Source: Klebsormidium nitens (lineage: Eukaryota; Plantae; Klebsormidiophyceae). From it: a stretch of DNA of 64,000 nt. The notes beneath the pieces were generated by a model. That model was not told the origin of the DNA, made no database searches, and saw only the letters and a list, made by a program, of their open reading frames with translations. The position numbers were made by a program, and so were the translations under genes. Within the stretch, counting starts at the first letter, position 1, and every line of letters begins with the position of its first letter. The DNA lies in assembly GCA_000708835.1 (NCBI GenBank), contig DF237064.1, positions 127,718-191,717 on the forward strand. The letters run 5' to 3'. This document shows, piece by piece, positions 48,601 through 61,878 of the stretch.

Positions 48601-51600
48601 AACGGAAGGCTGCAAAGAAGGAGAGATGAGATCTGGTCACGGATCGACGGGTGCCTCGTCCAGGATTACAGGAGAAATCAGGAGATTTGGGATTATGAGC
48701 GAGCAGGGGGCCTCCATTACAAATACGAGAGAAGGTAAGGAGTACAGTAGGTGCCCAAGGGTTGAACAAGCGTCGATGCATGCGAATTAAGCTGGATGCA
48801 GTAGCATAGAATCAGTAACATTTGATACGTTCCCTCTTCTCTCTACTAACGTGGAGAAAGTAGAGGTGGCAACGCTGCACAACTCTCAAGGACGACAGAG
48901 TAACGGCTCCATTGCAAGCACTACCTTTCCTGCAGTCTATCAACGGACACGCACAGAATACGCAAGGGAACACACTGAGTTCTGTGCCACCTGTGTTGAG
49001 AGTCTTGGCCGAATCTCCGCTGAGCAAGAAGAAAGTCAGAACCCTGCAAAGCTTGCTCGACGAGCTTCTTGCAGATAGCACCAAGGATTTGCGAAGTCGG
49101 AGAAACAGATGGACTCGTCAGATGCTCACCGCATCTTCGCTTTGCTCGGCTTGCTCCTTCGATCGACTCGGAGCCTCCTCCGCACCTCCCTTCGCTTCTT
49201 CCGCCTCGAACCGCTCCTCTAGTTCCTCGTCCAACTCCCCTAGAATCGCATCCGCCGACAACTCCTCCCCTCCGCCAGCGTCCTCCGGCGCGTCTTTTTC
49301 GGTTTCGGGGGGATCCGTTTCACCCGCTTTCGGACCGCCTGGCCCGACTCGCCTCTCTACCTCCTCATCCATTTCGCCCACTATGTCGTCCAAGTCAATC
49401 TTCCCCACCCCTTCCCCAGCGTCCGCCACGTGTGCGTCCTCATCGTCCGCCACCTGGGCCTCCCCGGTAAACTGCCGGTCCATCTCCTCGATTAAACTTT
49501 GTCCCTCTTCCGAGTTTTCCGCCGCTGCTTCGCTGCCCCCCGCAGCGCTACTCTTCAGCCCCCCTCGCTTCTTCTTCTTCTTCTTCGCTTTACTCGACAC
49601 AACCTCCTCGACTTCTTCGTCCATCTCTTCGACTACCTTTTCTGCGTCAAAGTCGTCCCCGCTTTCCGCATCGTCCTCCTCTACCTCTTTCTGGGCTTGC
49701 ACTTTGGCGACCGGCTTGGACTTTGTTCGGCCTTTAGGGGCCTTCGGTTTTCGCAACTCTAGAGGGAACCTGATGCAGAGGGAAGTTCCATATGCGATCG
49801 GCCTTCTTACTCGAGCTGGCACTTACGTTAGCAGCGAGCAAACATCATAACCTCGACTGAAACAACCAATCGCTTGTTAGATGACTGACAAAAGAACGGA
49901 AAATACCCTTAGATTGGACAAGTCGTCGTTTACCTCGATTCAACAATCATTTCCACGAAACAATGAGAAGAAGTAGGAATCTGATGCAGCCGGGTTCATG
50001 CACGTTAATGTTGTATGCGGCTTTAGTGAAGTCTACTGGGATTCTAATAGAAGAGGTCTGAGGATCTCCGTGAAGTACGAATTGCTTTTGGCGAAGTAAG
50101 GAAGGCCATCCCGCCCCGACTCAACCACTGCCGAGCCAAAGAATAAGCTCAGGAGTAAACGATAGCGCGTGCTCACCATCGCTTATTGTCCATCTGAAAG
50201 ATGAACATCTCGTTCAGAAACGTGCTCTTGAGGTCGTCCTTCTCCTTGTCCTCCGCATCGACCACGCCGCCAAACATGACCGCCCGCTTCTTGTGCACGC
50301 ACAGGGAGAAGCCTGCTCGAGGGCCGGGGGGGCTGCCCTGCTTCTTGACCTGCACAAAAACAATAGAAAGACGGTTTAAAATTATTCCGAAGCTTGTAGC
50401 TCGCGATTCAGATGAGGATGTTCCATTCCCGGTTCAAAAACTCCGGAAGGAGGCATGCGTGCTGCGGCGAGGAGTATTTGCCGCAGCACGCAACAAGTGC
50501 AGCAGGCAACACACGGCAACGTCCGGCGCCTTCAAAAAGCCTATGGCATAGAGCGGATGCGCATTGGCAATCGCTGCCAGGACGGGTCGTCATGGTCACA
50601 CTACCTGTAAGGTTCCGCGTCGACCGAATTGGCTGAGCGCTCATCTCCGGTCGTGACGACCAATTAGAACGCTTCGATGGATCAAGTGGGAGAAAAAGTA
50701 CAGACCTAGTACAGATTTTAGCTGGACCGGTACTATCCAAAGCTGTACGCGGACCGGAGATGCAAAGCTGGCGAGCCAAGCAGTTTTCGGTCGACGCGGA
50801 ACCTAAGGCTCTACAAACCCTCGGAATCTTGTCGTGTGGACCATGCAGGCACCCGAATATTTGTCAAGATTGAAGACCAAGTCTATATTCTCGAAATGGA
50901 GCATAGCGGCTCTGACATTGGCAAAAACCATGTGGCGACCACAGAGACTTGCATAGGTCACCATCACGGCCCGAGGCGGTTTGAAGCGTGCAGATGCTCG
51001 CCAAAATCCTCTTCCAGAGGGCGAAAACACTCACTTTGTTGACACTGAGCAATGATTGCTGCGACCAGAAAGTTGCAGAGTTAGACAACCTTGAGACGGC
51101 AACTGACAATCGCGGCAATAAGCCGCCCTTTTCTCAGTTAAGGTCTGCCAAGGGGTCTTCCCGAAGATTTCAAAGAAGGACTCGAGGAACAAGCACAAGC
51201 GCAGCTTGGAAATACCAATCCTTCCACATCTAAAGACGATAAAAATGAAGGGACTTGCGACATATAGAAGATGAGGTCTCCAACAAGAAAAAAAATGTGG
51301 CGGAAGAGGTGTGCCAAGAGAAGCTATCACTGACCCGGGAAAGTGTCCACAAAAGGCGAAGCTTTTCAATAAGAACACGACCACCAAAGTCTTCCTTCTC
51401 AAATTCAAAGAAAAATTCCATCTCAACCTGTTGGCGTTCAAATGTTGATAAGATAAGTGTCAACACGAATACGTTGGGCTGACGTCTCTGGCTTTCTATC
51501 ATACTTAGCAAGATTCAGCGACGAGCGTTTGAGGTATGAACTCAAAACGAACTGCTCCGTCTCAGGTAGACCCAAACCAATCGAATGCACAGGAAGTAGC

Positions 51601-54600
51601 CGCTTCCGGGCAACTTATGCCGCATGATTTCAACACTTCGCACTTACGCACTTGACAAATTTTGTCCGGGAAAATGCGCCTCTTTCAACTTGCAAGACCA
51701 ACTTGCAACTCATCGAACGGTGCAGCAACTTCGAATCGGATAGGATGAAGTGGTCGACGTTAGAGAGACTGCCAGCATGAACGCAAACAACAGACTTGGA
51801 CCCTTTCACGCGGTGTCTTTCTGATGAGCATGACGATTGACCATCGATGATGTGACGGCGTACGCGCAACGGCCGCGCCGTGCCGCTACTGCTCCGGCCA
51901 TCAGTGGAAGTAGGAAATAGGGAGGCCAGTCCATTCTGAAGCGTACTCCTAGGAACGTCATCTGGGGCGTCAGAAAAGTCTCTTCAATCCTGGCTTCTTT
52001 GGTGCCAGATGCTCGACATCACAACCCAAATCAGTAAGCTTCCTGAGGAGGGACTAATACCAAGGGTGCATGGACAACACCAAACCTACGGTGATGGAGT
52101 TGGCCACCATGGATTAAGTAAGGCACGATGAAAACACAGTGCAGATTCTTTCACCAACCGTGGCCATCTGCTTGTGATGAGCAGAGCAAGTCTGGCCATG
52201 ACCTCTTATAACTCTTCGACATACTGTCCATGCACTTGGAACCTTGTCTCAGTCCCTGTAAAGTGTTTGTTCTCTAGTAGGTCACGCTCTTCCTCGCTAT
52301 GGGTAGAAAATCACACTTTCAAAACTTAACGACCATCTCGAGTGCAACTAGTGGTGGCTTCAGTCTCAACTGCCTCGTCTAACAGAGTGTGCCAGACACC
52401 TTCCTCAAGGCCACCAGGATTTGACCCGCTACTTTGAAAATTACAGAAAGAGGGCGGAACAACGACACTTTTAACACGGTCTTTGACACTTCCCAGACTG
52501 GCAGCGTCATGAAGCTGACGGCTTTGAATAGCTTGTTCTTGTGCGGCGCAAGCTTTCCCGGTCTATCCAGAGCGCTATGCTCGAGATTCACCGAGAGCTC
52601 ATGGAGCTGCGCTTGTTGAAGAAGGAAAGCAACGGAAATCCCTCAGATGCTCGCGCCAACCAACAACCTCTCCCACGCGCACGTGATTGGAGTCACTTGT
52701 AGGAATTCATTGGGGGCCGAGGGGGCGTGTAAACCGATCTAGATACGGTTATTTTTGGTAGCAGGCCGATCGAAAAGCTGGCTCCGCCGCATGCAGAGAG
52801 AGAAACTTGCCATTGGTGCAAAGTGCTAGCACGTCACAGCCAGGCGGACCATACGTGGATTATGAGATGCTTACAAAGATCTACAACGGAGGGTAGAAGG
52901 GGTTTGCATGACGACCGGAATACGCCCTCGGTGCGAAGTACGGACGTGCTCAACACAACGGTCCATTATGGAAGCAAGCTTCCAGGTTGTTTGCTTCCAG
53001 CAGAAAGTTCACAAGAATCAAGTTTCCAACTGATGAGGCCTCCTGATCGGAAACCAATACTATATTGAGCCAGAAGCTCACAGCAGACATCGTCATTGCC
53101 ACAACGCCAACAGAAGTGCGTTGGCACAATAACCCTTGCGCTTATTGCACCAGACAACGAATACCAAAACAGCGCTACAACAGGGCGCTTCAAAACCCCG
53201 TTACTTTGATGATTGCAATCAGAAGACGATACAAAGAAACAATACGACGAAGACGGGGCTTCGAAGAAACTCATTGGAGCCGTGGCAATCCGCTGGGCGT
53301 CGTCAACTCACCAGCCGCAATGCAAGTAGGCTGTAAGCACAGACGTCCATCTTACAGAAGCAGTATAAGCACTTCAATTTTTGTAGAGACACGGTCGAAC
53401 AAACCGTCACCAAAAGCACCGTCCCTCGTTCAAGCCCGGCGTACCCAGGCCCTCATCCGAGAATGGCCCGTAACAAACACAAACAGAAATGGTGCGACAC
53501 TTCTGCTCCTCCTGATTCCCTTCTTTTGACAATTGATTATTGAGTACGTTCTGCTCTGGCCCAGTGCTTTATTGCAGCAGCCAAGGCGCAGCAAATCAAC
53601 CTCGTTTGCCTTTATCGCCGACAACACCGTTGACTTTCTGACTCACCTTGTCACAGTTGCAGGTCCGCAGTTGCAGGTCCGCAGGTGCAGCCACCACATG
53701 TTCGCGACAACATTGCCTCGGGTAATAACGGACTTCAATCGCTTAGCCCTCTCGGTGAAAACGAGATGCTCTTTCAGGTGAGCTACTTACTCGAACGGCG
53801 GAGCGGAGGACGTTAGTTGCCGTGCCCCCCGTCTTTGGTCGCTTTGTAGTTCTCGAACCCCTCAAACCCTACAAGCCTCAAAACCTCTAAATCCAGAAGT
53901 CCAAACTAAGAGGCTCACCTTTCCCCACGTGCACGTCCGCGGGTCCAGGTACCACCTGGCTGCGAGCACGTTGCCCTTTGCCTCCCCCATCTTTGAACGC
54001 CTCATTAGTCTCGAACCACTTAAACCCTAAAAGCGTCACAAAATCTTAAAAACAAAAATCCAAACTAAGAGGCTCACCTTCTCCCAGGTGCAGGTCCGCG
54101 GGTCCAGCCACCACATGTCCGCGAGAACGTTCCCCTTGTCGTGTCCCCCGTCTTTGGTCATCTTGTAGCTTTCGAAGCCCTCAGACCCAATAAGCCTCAA
54201 AACCCCTGAAACCCAAAAGTCCAAACAAAGTGGCTCACCTTCTCCCAGTTGCACTTCTACGGGTCCAGGCACCACAAGAACGTTGCCCTTGTCGTAGCCC
54301 CCGTCTTTTGAGGTCTGAAATCCCTCAAACCCTGTAAGCCTCAAAATCCATCAACCCCGAAATCTATACAAAGTGGCTCACCTTCTCCCAAATAAAGGTC
54401 CGCGGGTCCAGGCACCAGATGTCCGCGAGCACGTTGCCCTTGTCGTCGCCTCCCCCGTCCTTGCTGGCCTTGTAGTCCTTGAAGTAGCCGCCGTACAGGA
54501 ACACCTCGTCGCCATTCAACGCCATCTGCAGGAACGATCGCAGTGCTTGGTCAGTTGCAGTCACAGGGCTTCCAGTGACCTCGCTTGGCCACAGTTGTAC

Positions 54601-57600
54601 AACTGTCTTGGACAAGAACAGACTCTCAGCATCAGCCTTCATAGACTTGACAACAAGCGGTGGACGGCCAGAGCGCTGAAAAAGGGACTTGTCACGTCCA
54701 CAGTAGAGGCTTATGACAAACCCACGAGTGTTCAGCGTCAAGGAGACGGACAGAATCGTTCGGTTTTGAATCGAAACGAGCCACGCAGCTTAGGCACGGA
54801 ACCTTAGCATTTGTCAATACGATGGCGCAAGATTGTGTTCACCCTCCGTAAGGAATCGGCTAAGGGCACCTCTCGTCCAATCATCCGGAACACGTATTTC
54901 AGCATCTCTTCCAGTCAACCAATAAAACTCGGACGACTCCGAATACCTCACGTGCTGGGCTCCAGGAACCCGTTCTTTGCTCACTGCCTCTTCCAAACAT
55001 TGCTTTTTAGGCCAACCAAGTAACTCAGCGAAACAGTCAGATATGATCGGGCGCAAATTTCCGAAACAATAAATCAGACAGCCGGGCGGTTGACCAGCAA
55101 GTACCGATCGAACTTAAGATTCCTAGGATGATTGATGGCGCCAAAGCGTGCAACCGGGGTGGGCTCTCGGTACCCACTTGGGCCTTTCACAGCCTTTCGC
55201 CATTCCCCACAACGACAGCAGCATTCAGCTGATGCCATTCGCATAACGGCAGATAAGTAGATCAAAACGTCGCCTGGTATATTGATGGCATCTGAGCCAT
55301 TGTCGGGACCTTTGTTTTATGGCCTAACGGTTTCGTCACCATTCCGCATCTCTGTGTACTGGCTGGACGTTTCGAGAAGTCGGAATACAATGGTCAATGA
55401 TGGCACTTTTAGCATGCTGACAGAACTGACGAGTGGCCTCAAACGACTTAACAAAGCATAGACAATCAGGCAGGCCGGCATAGCATCGCCCACATTCTGG
55501 TCGTCAGTCGTCACATAGTAAAGTAGACCAAGATAGGACATGATTTCGCAGGCAGATCTGGGATTTTGCAAGACCGGCATCATCGAGATGCAAACGAATC
55601 CTTGGGCCGGGTTCCCACTCAAGCGGCTTGCATCCTCGCCGGCAATAAATTAAAGCTCCACAAAATCGCAGATGAAGGGCATGAAAACAAAACGAAATGC
55701 TCAACTTTGGGGCAGAAACCAGAGCGTAGCATCAGCCGAGGTGGTACTTAAGGAGAACAGACTGCAAGAATGAACAATCCAAGGTCTTCATAAGGTTTGC
55801 CCAAAAACAACACAGCTCCTGAACATGCGGTCGATGCCGCAATTTACGAACAGCACCGTTCCGGGACTATTGTTGCGAGATCAACCAAAACAGGGCACAG
55901 AAGATTCTCCGCATGCTCACGTTGCTGCGGCCAGATCCAGATTGGTGGCAATCTCAGAATTGCAATAGAGCAGCACTAGGGCAGGCCCTCTGTCCGGAAA
56001 CCGGAAGGACCCTTGTTCCTCTCTACATCACCGCTTGGAAAAGGCAGGAAGGCAGCATCCAAACGCTTGTACATCATTGAAAGCAGAAGGCATGCAAATC
56101 AACCGGAGAAACTGCTTGAAGTATACGCGAAGCCATTTCGCCGAGCTGAGAGTCAACTTCGAAGCCGAAACAAGAAGCGCCTTGGAAAGGCGTTCATACG
56201 ACCTACTCACTAAGGAGGCGACATAGTTGAGGGCAAATAAGTGACACAAAACTGCCGCCTTGGACGTTTGCAGAACTGTCAACATGCGAGCGGATTGCAG
56301 CTTTTCAGAAGGCGGGGATCTTGTGAGCACGGTCAACTATTGGATCTCATACCGCGTCCGAAGGCTGGCCGCTTGATGGGCACTAGCCGTCCAAATCTTC
56401 GCTCACCAATGCCTCCACAAGTTGCCTTTTACCAAACACGATCATACGCAAAGACGTCAGACACACGGAAATCACCTCCAAACCCATTGCTTCGAAAGAT
56501 TCCAGCGCACAAACAGCAGTTACGTCGGACGAACAATTCTCGTGACCAACCGTTGGCATCAATATGTTCGAGAGAACAGTACGATGGGCTGCCAGGGCCC
56601 AGGCTGTTTTATTACGGCCTTTGGTAGACAGTCCAGCAAGGATGGCAACGGAGCAGCGCATGATCGTCAGACTGCAAAAGCGTCAAGTGCTAAGAGAACG
56701 TTTTGAGAGTTGTGTTTGACTGGATACCAACAACGACAAGGCTTAAATGGCATCAATATCGTTGAGCAAGCTAAGTGGGTCCTTGGCAACCCAATGATGA
56801 CTCCTCATTGCCATCCAAGGGACCCTCAGTCACCAGAAAAGAAGCACAATTAGAAGTGCATGCTAGCTAGGACGGATGAAGTGCGCGACATCTAATTCTG
56901 TGAGCGCGACTAACGCCATGAAAGCTAAGGACACACTAATAGAGCAGATGTGGCTCAAAATCGCCTTCATGGGATCGCTCAGCAACAGGAGCACGACGCG
57001 CTAGTGCAGAAAAGCTGGGTAGTAGCGCAAAGCGTGGGGTCCTGTCATCTCCTTCCAACCAGCTTCCAGCCCAGGGTTTAGGCGATTGACGCGCTAGCGT
57101 TTTATTTCTATGCAGCCTCCGCAACTCTCAAGAGACTAGCAAGCGGTGCAGTACAAGCAATGCAAAAAGATTGGCAAGCTCCTGAACGTACGTTGCAAGT
57201 CCTTGCTGGCAGTGACCAGTAACTCCAACAACTGACCGCTCCAAGATACGGAAGCAACGAAAGGGGAGGCTTGTGAGAAGCGCAACCTCGGAAAAGTTTG
57301 GGTGGCATCCAGCGGAGGGAATCCGGCTGTGAGTCTTTCCCAAATATGCGTGGTCCGTCATTGCCAACATTTTTAAACGCGTCGTGAGAAACTGTATCTG
57401 ATGGAAGCATTGGTCTTTGTTGTATGTGTTTGGTGCGGGTTGGCAAACCAGCGACGATTTGACACTACCACAATGCTTCGAGAGACGGGAGAACCAAATC
57501 GAGCATGCAACAACACGCAAGCTTTCAGTGCTCACCATTGATTTAGAAAGGCGAAAGACTCTGCAAGCACACCTTATCATTGGGCGCATTGAGGCCAACG

Positions 57601-60600
57601 CAGAATGCGTGGCCGCTCACTTGGAAGGCGCTTCTGAGAAACACAGCGCTCGCCCCCGGCTTCTGCTTAATTCGATCAACACAAAAATCCAAGTTCAATA
57701 CATCAGACCAAGGCCGAAGAAGCGTTCTCTTTTTCACTGCGCAAAGTACATTAAGGCCTTCATGTGGCAGAAAAGCCATCCACACGAGAAACCCAAAGAG
57801 CAATGTAACTTCCCTGGAGAACGCTCCGCGGAGAGGCGCAGTTCTTGCTTGACCTCGGCACTCAACATCCAGATCTGGATCATTTGACCAATGCCCAAGA
57901 GGCACTCTCAATCGCCGTCACACATGCTCTCAAAGGCCCTCAAAGAAACCGGCAACACATGGCAACTAACCTGGAAAGCACTCCGCAGCGACGGCGCAAT
58001 CGCCCCCGGCTTCTGCTTGACCTTGGTCCACTTATCGACCATGTTCATTGCACCAGACCAGTACCAAACAAGCAATATTCTTCGGGTTTTGCCAGAGTAA
58101 TAAAAAGCTCTCAATGAAAAGGTAAAACCAATAACATAGATATTGCAGGATGCACCTGCAGAAGGTTGAATCTTACCTGAAAGGCGCTTCTGGGGGACGG
58201 GGCGATCGCCCCCGGCTTCTGCTTGACCTCGGTCCACTTCATCTCGTCCAGGTCGAGCACGTGCAGGTCGTCAAAGTAGCGCACCTCGCGCAGCGTGTCG
58301 TAGAAGCCGCCGAACACCAATAGCTTATGCTTGTATAAGACCATGCGGTGGCCGGAGCGCGGGCTCGGGCCGCCCTTGAGGTTGAGCTGCTCCCACACGT
58401 TAGTGTTAAGGTCCAGTCGCCAGAGGTCCTGAAGAAGAAAGGTTTGAGAAGTCGCAATTGTGTGCAAGTGGAGGGAAGCAGGACGTTCAGCTTTTCAAAG
58501 AAGATACGCTTGCCCAAGTGCAGGGTCAAATCCATCTTCAGGTTGCTATTCCCACACGTTAATGTTGAGATCGAGTCGCTGGGGGTTCTGAGGAAAGAAT
58601 GGCTCTCGAAGATGGATACCTGGCGCAAACATAGCGAAGCAGGGGGTTATGCGTGTGTAAGACGACCTAATGAGAGGCTCCGACTGCCCTTGAAACAGGG
58701 TGCTCCGAGGTTGGTGTTGAGGTTCAGTCGCCAGAGGTCCTGAAGAAAAGATGTATTTCGGGGACGAAGAGACGATCAGCAGGCGCAGCAAAGTCGAATG
58801 TCTGCTCTCACAGGACAACGCGAAGCGGGCTCTTGAGCCGCAATCACCAGCACGTGTCGATTGGGTTTTACCTAGGTGAGCACCAAACCAGCAGAACTTC
58901 GACAAAAACGGAGAGCCAAGCGAACTGGGCCCTTGAGCGAACAGAATGTAGCACCACGGATTGAGCCCCTCGCCAACGAGCGTGGCGGGGGCTCACCACT
59001 TAGAATGGACCAGCAGTTTACTCTGCCTGGTGTGTGACGAAAAAGCAGGCCGTGGAAGGCGGCGTTGCTTCCGCTTTTTCCCAGGGGTGAAAGAATTTGT
59101 TTTCAAGCGCGGATCCTTAGCCGCTAAGTGTCAGCGTACTTCGTTCGTGATTCAACTTCTGGATCGGGATCATGATCATGCGACCACGGGGACTCGACGA
59201 CTTTGTCAAGCAGACCAGTGACTTTAACACGTAGATCCGGATTACGGACACAAAGCCAGGTTTCAGGCTTGCATAACCGAGTTCAGAGTGTCTGCAGACG
59301 GCCTTCGTTTCCTTTACTCATCCACATCGAGCTCACACGCCTGGAAGATATGCCATGAAAACAGAATTGACACCGCAATCAAAACATACTCCAGCAACAG
59401 TAGCAAGCAACGGCTGTCTGACCTTGTAGTGATGGAATCGCTCCTGGTTTGGCGATGTGAACTCGCCCCCAAAGATGAACAGAAAGTTCTTCCAGGCCAC
59501 CGCTTGGTGGGCACTCCGAGGGGGCGGGCTGTTTGGGCTGGAGACGTGCTTCCATTCCTTCTTCTCGATGTTGTAGCGGTACAGGTCTCCGTATACATAC
59601 GTCTGGAGCGTAGGAAGGAGTACTGAGATCAGACCTGAGACCCGGTTTGTTCGTTGCCTCTGTCAATGCTCTATCCTTGCATAGGCCCTGGTAAGTCTGT
59701 TGGCAGATCAGAATGTAAACTGGACGGTTGGCAGGAGATTTTGTGATGTCAGAATGCGAAGGCTAAGGACCCATGCGAGGTTTGCCAGATATATCGCAAA
59801 GCCAAGGAGACGGAGAACTTGGGGAATGGATGAAGATGTGATTTGCTGATGCTAGGCCATTGGTGGTTATTAACCGGACCGGAGGGGGAGGGGAGCAATG
59901 GGAGCAAGCACGAAGTGACAGTCTTTTCTTGACGCTTAGAGATGTCAGGTCTTGAAGATTGAAAGATCGATTCCCAGTATTCAGGAAGAATCAATGATGG
60001 AGACCAGCGAAAAGCAAGCATCGCAGAACTGGCTTCTCACCTTGTCTCCATTGTAGTACTCCCCCCCATACAGAATTAGCTCGGTGTCTTTGAGAGGATT
60101 CAAGGTGACCTGAACAGGTCACAGCGCACGGCAAGGTTCAGCAATGGCGGAGCTGCAATAAGCAGACCCATTTGCAGAGAATCCATGCAATTGGATAGCA
60201 ACCCAAAGTATGAGACTCGTCATGCACGAGCAACAAGCGCTTCCGTTCACCATGTTACCTGATTTTGACTCTTTTGCTTTGGCATCATCAACGAGCCTAA
60301 GCTTCATTCATCCCCACCTGTCAAAAATGGTTATTTTCAACTTTCTTCTTTCTATTTCTCATCAACTGGCCTTGCAGAAGAATATTATGTACCCAGCGTC
60401 ATCCTCAGAGAGTCTCTGAATCAGCCTGTCAAAAGGCATGCATACCTGGTGCTCACGACTGGCCACTAAGCACAGTATCAACAAAGGTTCAACGTTTGTT
60501 TTTGAAAGTACAAGCACCAGCAGTCACTTACTGTGCAATTGCAGCGGGGCGAAGGAGCCGCCACATTCTCGTCAACTTGCACTTCAACCTTCTTTGCGTC

Positions 60601-61303
60601 CTCTTTCTTTATTTGAGCCTGCAGGGTGGTGCTCCAAAGTATCACAAGGCATGCATAGAGACTGACTGATGAACGACCGTCCATTGGCCTTGAAAATATA
60701 ATTGCCGCATTGAAAATACTGTGTGATTCAAAGCAAGCTGTGGACTAGGGTCCAAAGGCAAAAGCGCCGCAAACTGGCCGGTGACACAATGGTGCTCATT
60801 GGGGTTCAGAAAATTCTGAGAGCCATCGGGAGCACTTCGTTTCAACATTCTTTTTGTCGACATGGAGCAAGCAAATGGAGCCCAAAAACGAACTGGATTT
60901 CATGGATATCTTTGTTCGGTTGAAATAAAGCACTGCATTCTTCAGAGCCAGAGCATTCCTTTCGCTCGTGACCTGTCGTCAAAATGCACACAGACACAAG
61001 GAGCTCACACACTGCAGTTGCCTCACCATATGAAGTTGTGCAAAGCTACTAAAGCGAGGTGGCTAAGAAACAGGAAGCCCCATGAAATTCTTCATTGTAC
61101 CACCACAAGGCGCAACCCCCGAAACTAATTCTCACGGCATTCCGATGTATTGTGCAGTTCACAAAGCATACCAGTATCTTGTCAATGTCGTCTTCTTCCG
61201 CCACAGCCTTCTCCTCCCTGCGCGCTTTCTTCTCCTGCGACTTCAGTGTCTTCTTCTCCGTCTTCTCCTTGCCCTTCCCAGGCTTCTTGCTCTTCTTCCC
61301 CAT
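45667..61303 (-). CDS. KLHDC4: Kelch domain-containing protein 4 with acidic insert and C-terminal DUF4110-like domain, multi-exon
   Basis: MGKKSKKPGKGKEKTEKK...DDIDKIL; PSPRCNC..NPLKDTELILYGGEYYNG; SPNSPPPRSAHQAV; GPSPRSGHRMV; PPGPRAGFS; PCGRINA; C-terminal AGESLREFFART..WQ..A...GKELRRDGFELAEARY. Phases were consistent across the junctions I checked. Stop TGA at 45669-45667. Confidence 0.93.
46853..46960 (-). repeat. Young donor-side echo of KLHDC4 exon 47167-47000
   Basis: About 100 nt duplicated 142 bp downstream with 4 substitutions and a 1-bp insertion; it keeps a gtaag donor. Confidence 0.95.
53641..54345 (-). repeat. Array of five donor-side echoes of KLHDC4 exon 54525-54382
   Basis: Donor copies (GTGAG/GTAAG on the minus strand) at ~54238, 54077, 53918, 53790 and 53646, spaced 128-161 bp. 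Each is preceded by decayed KDGG..KGNVL.D.W.LDPRT sequence. Confidence 0.88.
57615..58750 (-). repeat. Echo copies on both sides of KLHDC4 exon 58428-58177
   Basis: Donor-side copies at 57965-58043 (KWTKVKQKPGAIAPSLRSAFQ|gttag), 57615-57705, and a partial copy at 57842-57880. Acceptor-side copies at 58549-58597 and 58713-58750 (cttcag|GACCTCTGGCGACTGAACCTCAACACC). Confidence 0.88.
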
Positions 61304-61878
61304 TGCGCGAAATTTAACCCCTTCTGGTCGTCCTTGTCTTGTTCTGGTTCTGACCTCTTCTCTCGCAAGCACAGCTGAGGAGTATGGGGCCCAATTAGGC
61401 AATCGCAAGCCTGAAGGGAGGTTTGCGCAATGGAATGCTGCTCAACTTCAAGGCTCGGAGAAAGAATGCTGACCAGTGTTCCGTCTTCACTTGAAACTGT
61501 GAACTGTGCGGCCAGCGCCGGCAGTGGTAACGGTTACGAATCAGGGGCCTGAGGTGGAGCCTACATGACCTGAAAACCGGCATTTCGAAACCTTTGATCC
61601 TCGTGATGAACGGCAAAATAGACGTTACCAGTGACGGGTTTTGATGAGCAACTAGCCATCTGTTGAACGGCATAAAAACCAGCCAACCTCATTCCGCCAC
61701 GTGTCCCCCCATTCCACGAGGAAGGTTCAAGCGGCCCCGCGCCGCCCGGACCGCCCCGGGTGACCACCCGCGCGCCAGCGCGGGGCCGGGCTCTTCAGCG
61801 GTACCTGTACGATATATAAGAAGCCAAAAAAGCAATTATAAGCTTTAGCAAGAGTAAGGTCACCAGCCTGGGACTGCT

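Noticed and set aside
48912-49850. 312-aa Ser-rich plus-strand ORF
   Set aside because: It is the antisense shadow of the Glu/Asp-rich KLHDC4 exon (~49770-49130).
53034-53060. CTGATGA...GAAA hammerhead-ribozyme-like cores (also near 9493, 46718, 51821, 60666)
   Set aside because: No stem II closing pair or flanking stems could be formed by eye.
53641-54345. Regularly spaced repeats as a CRISPR-like array
   Set aside because: The units are degenerate copies of the adjacent eukaryotic exon and donor, with no invariant repeat, unique spacers or cas genes.
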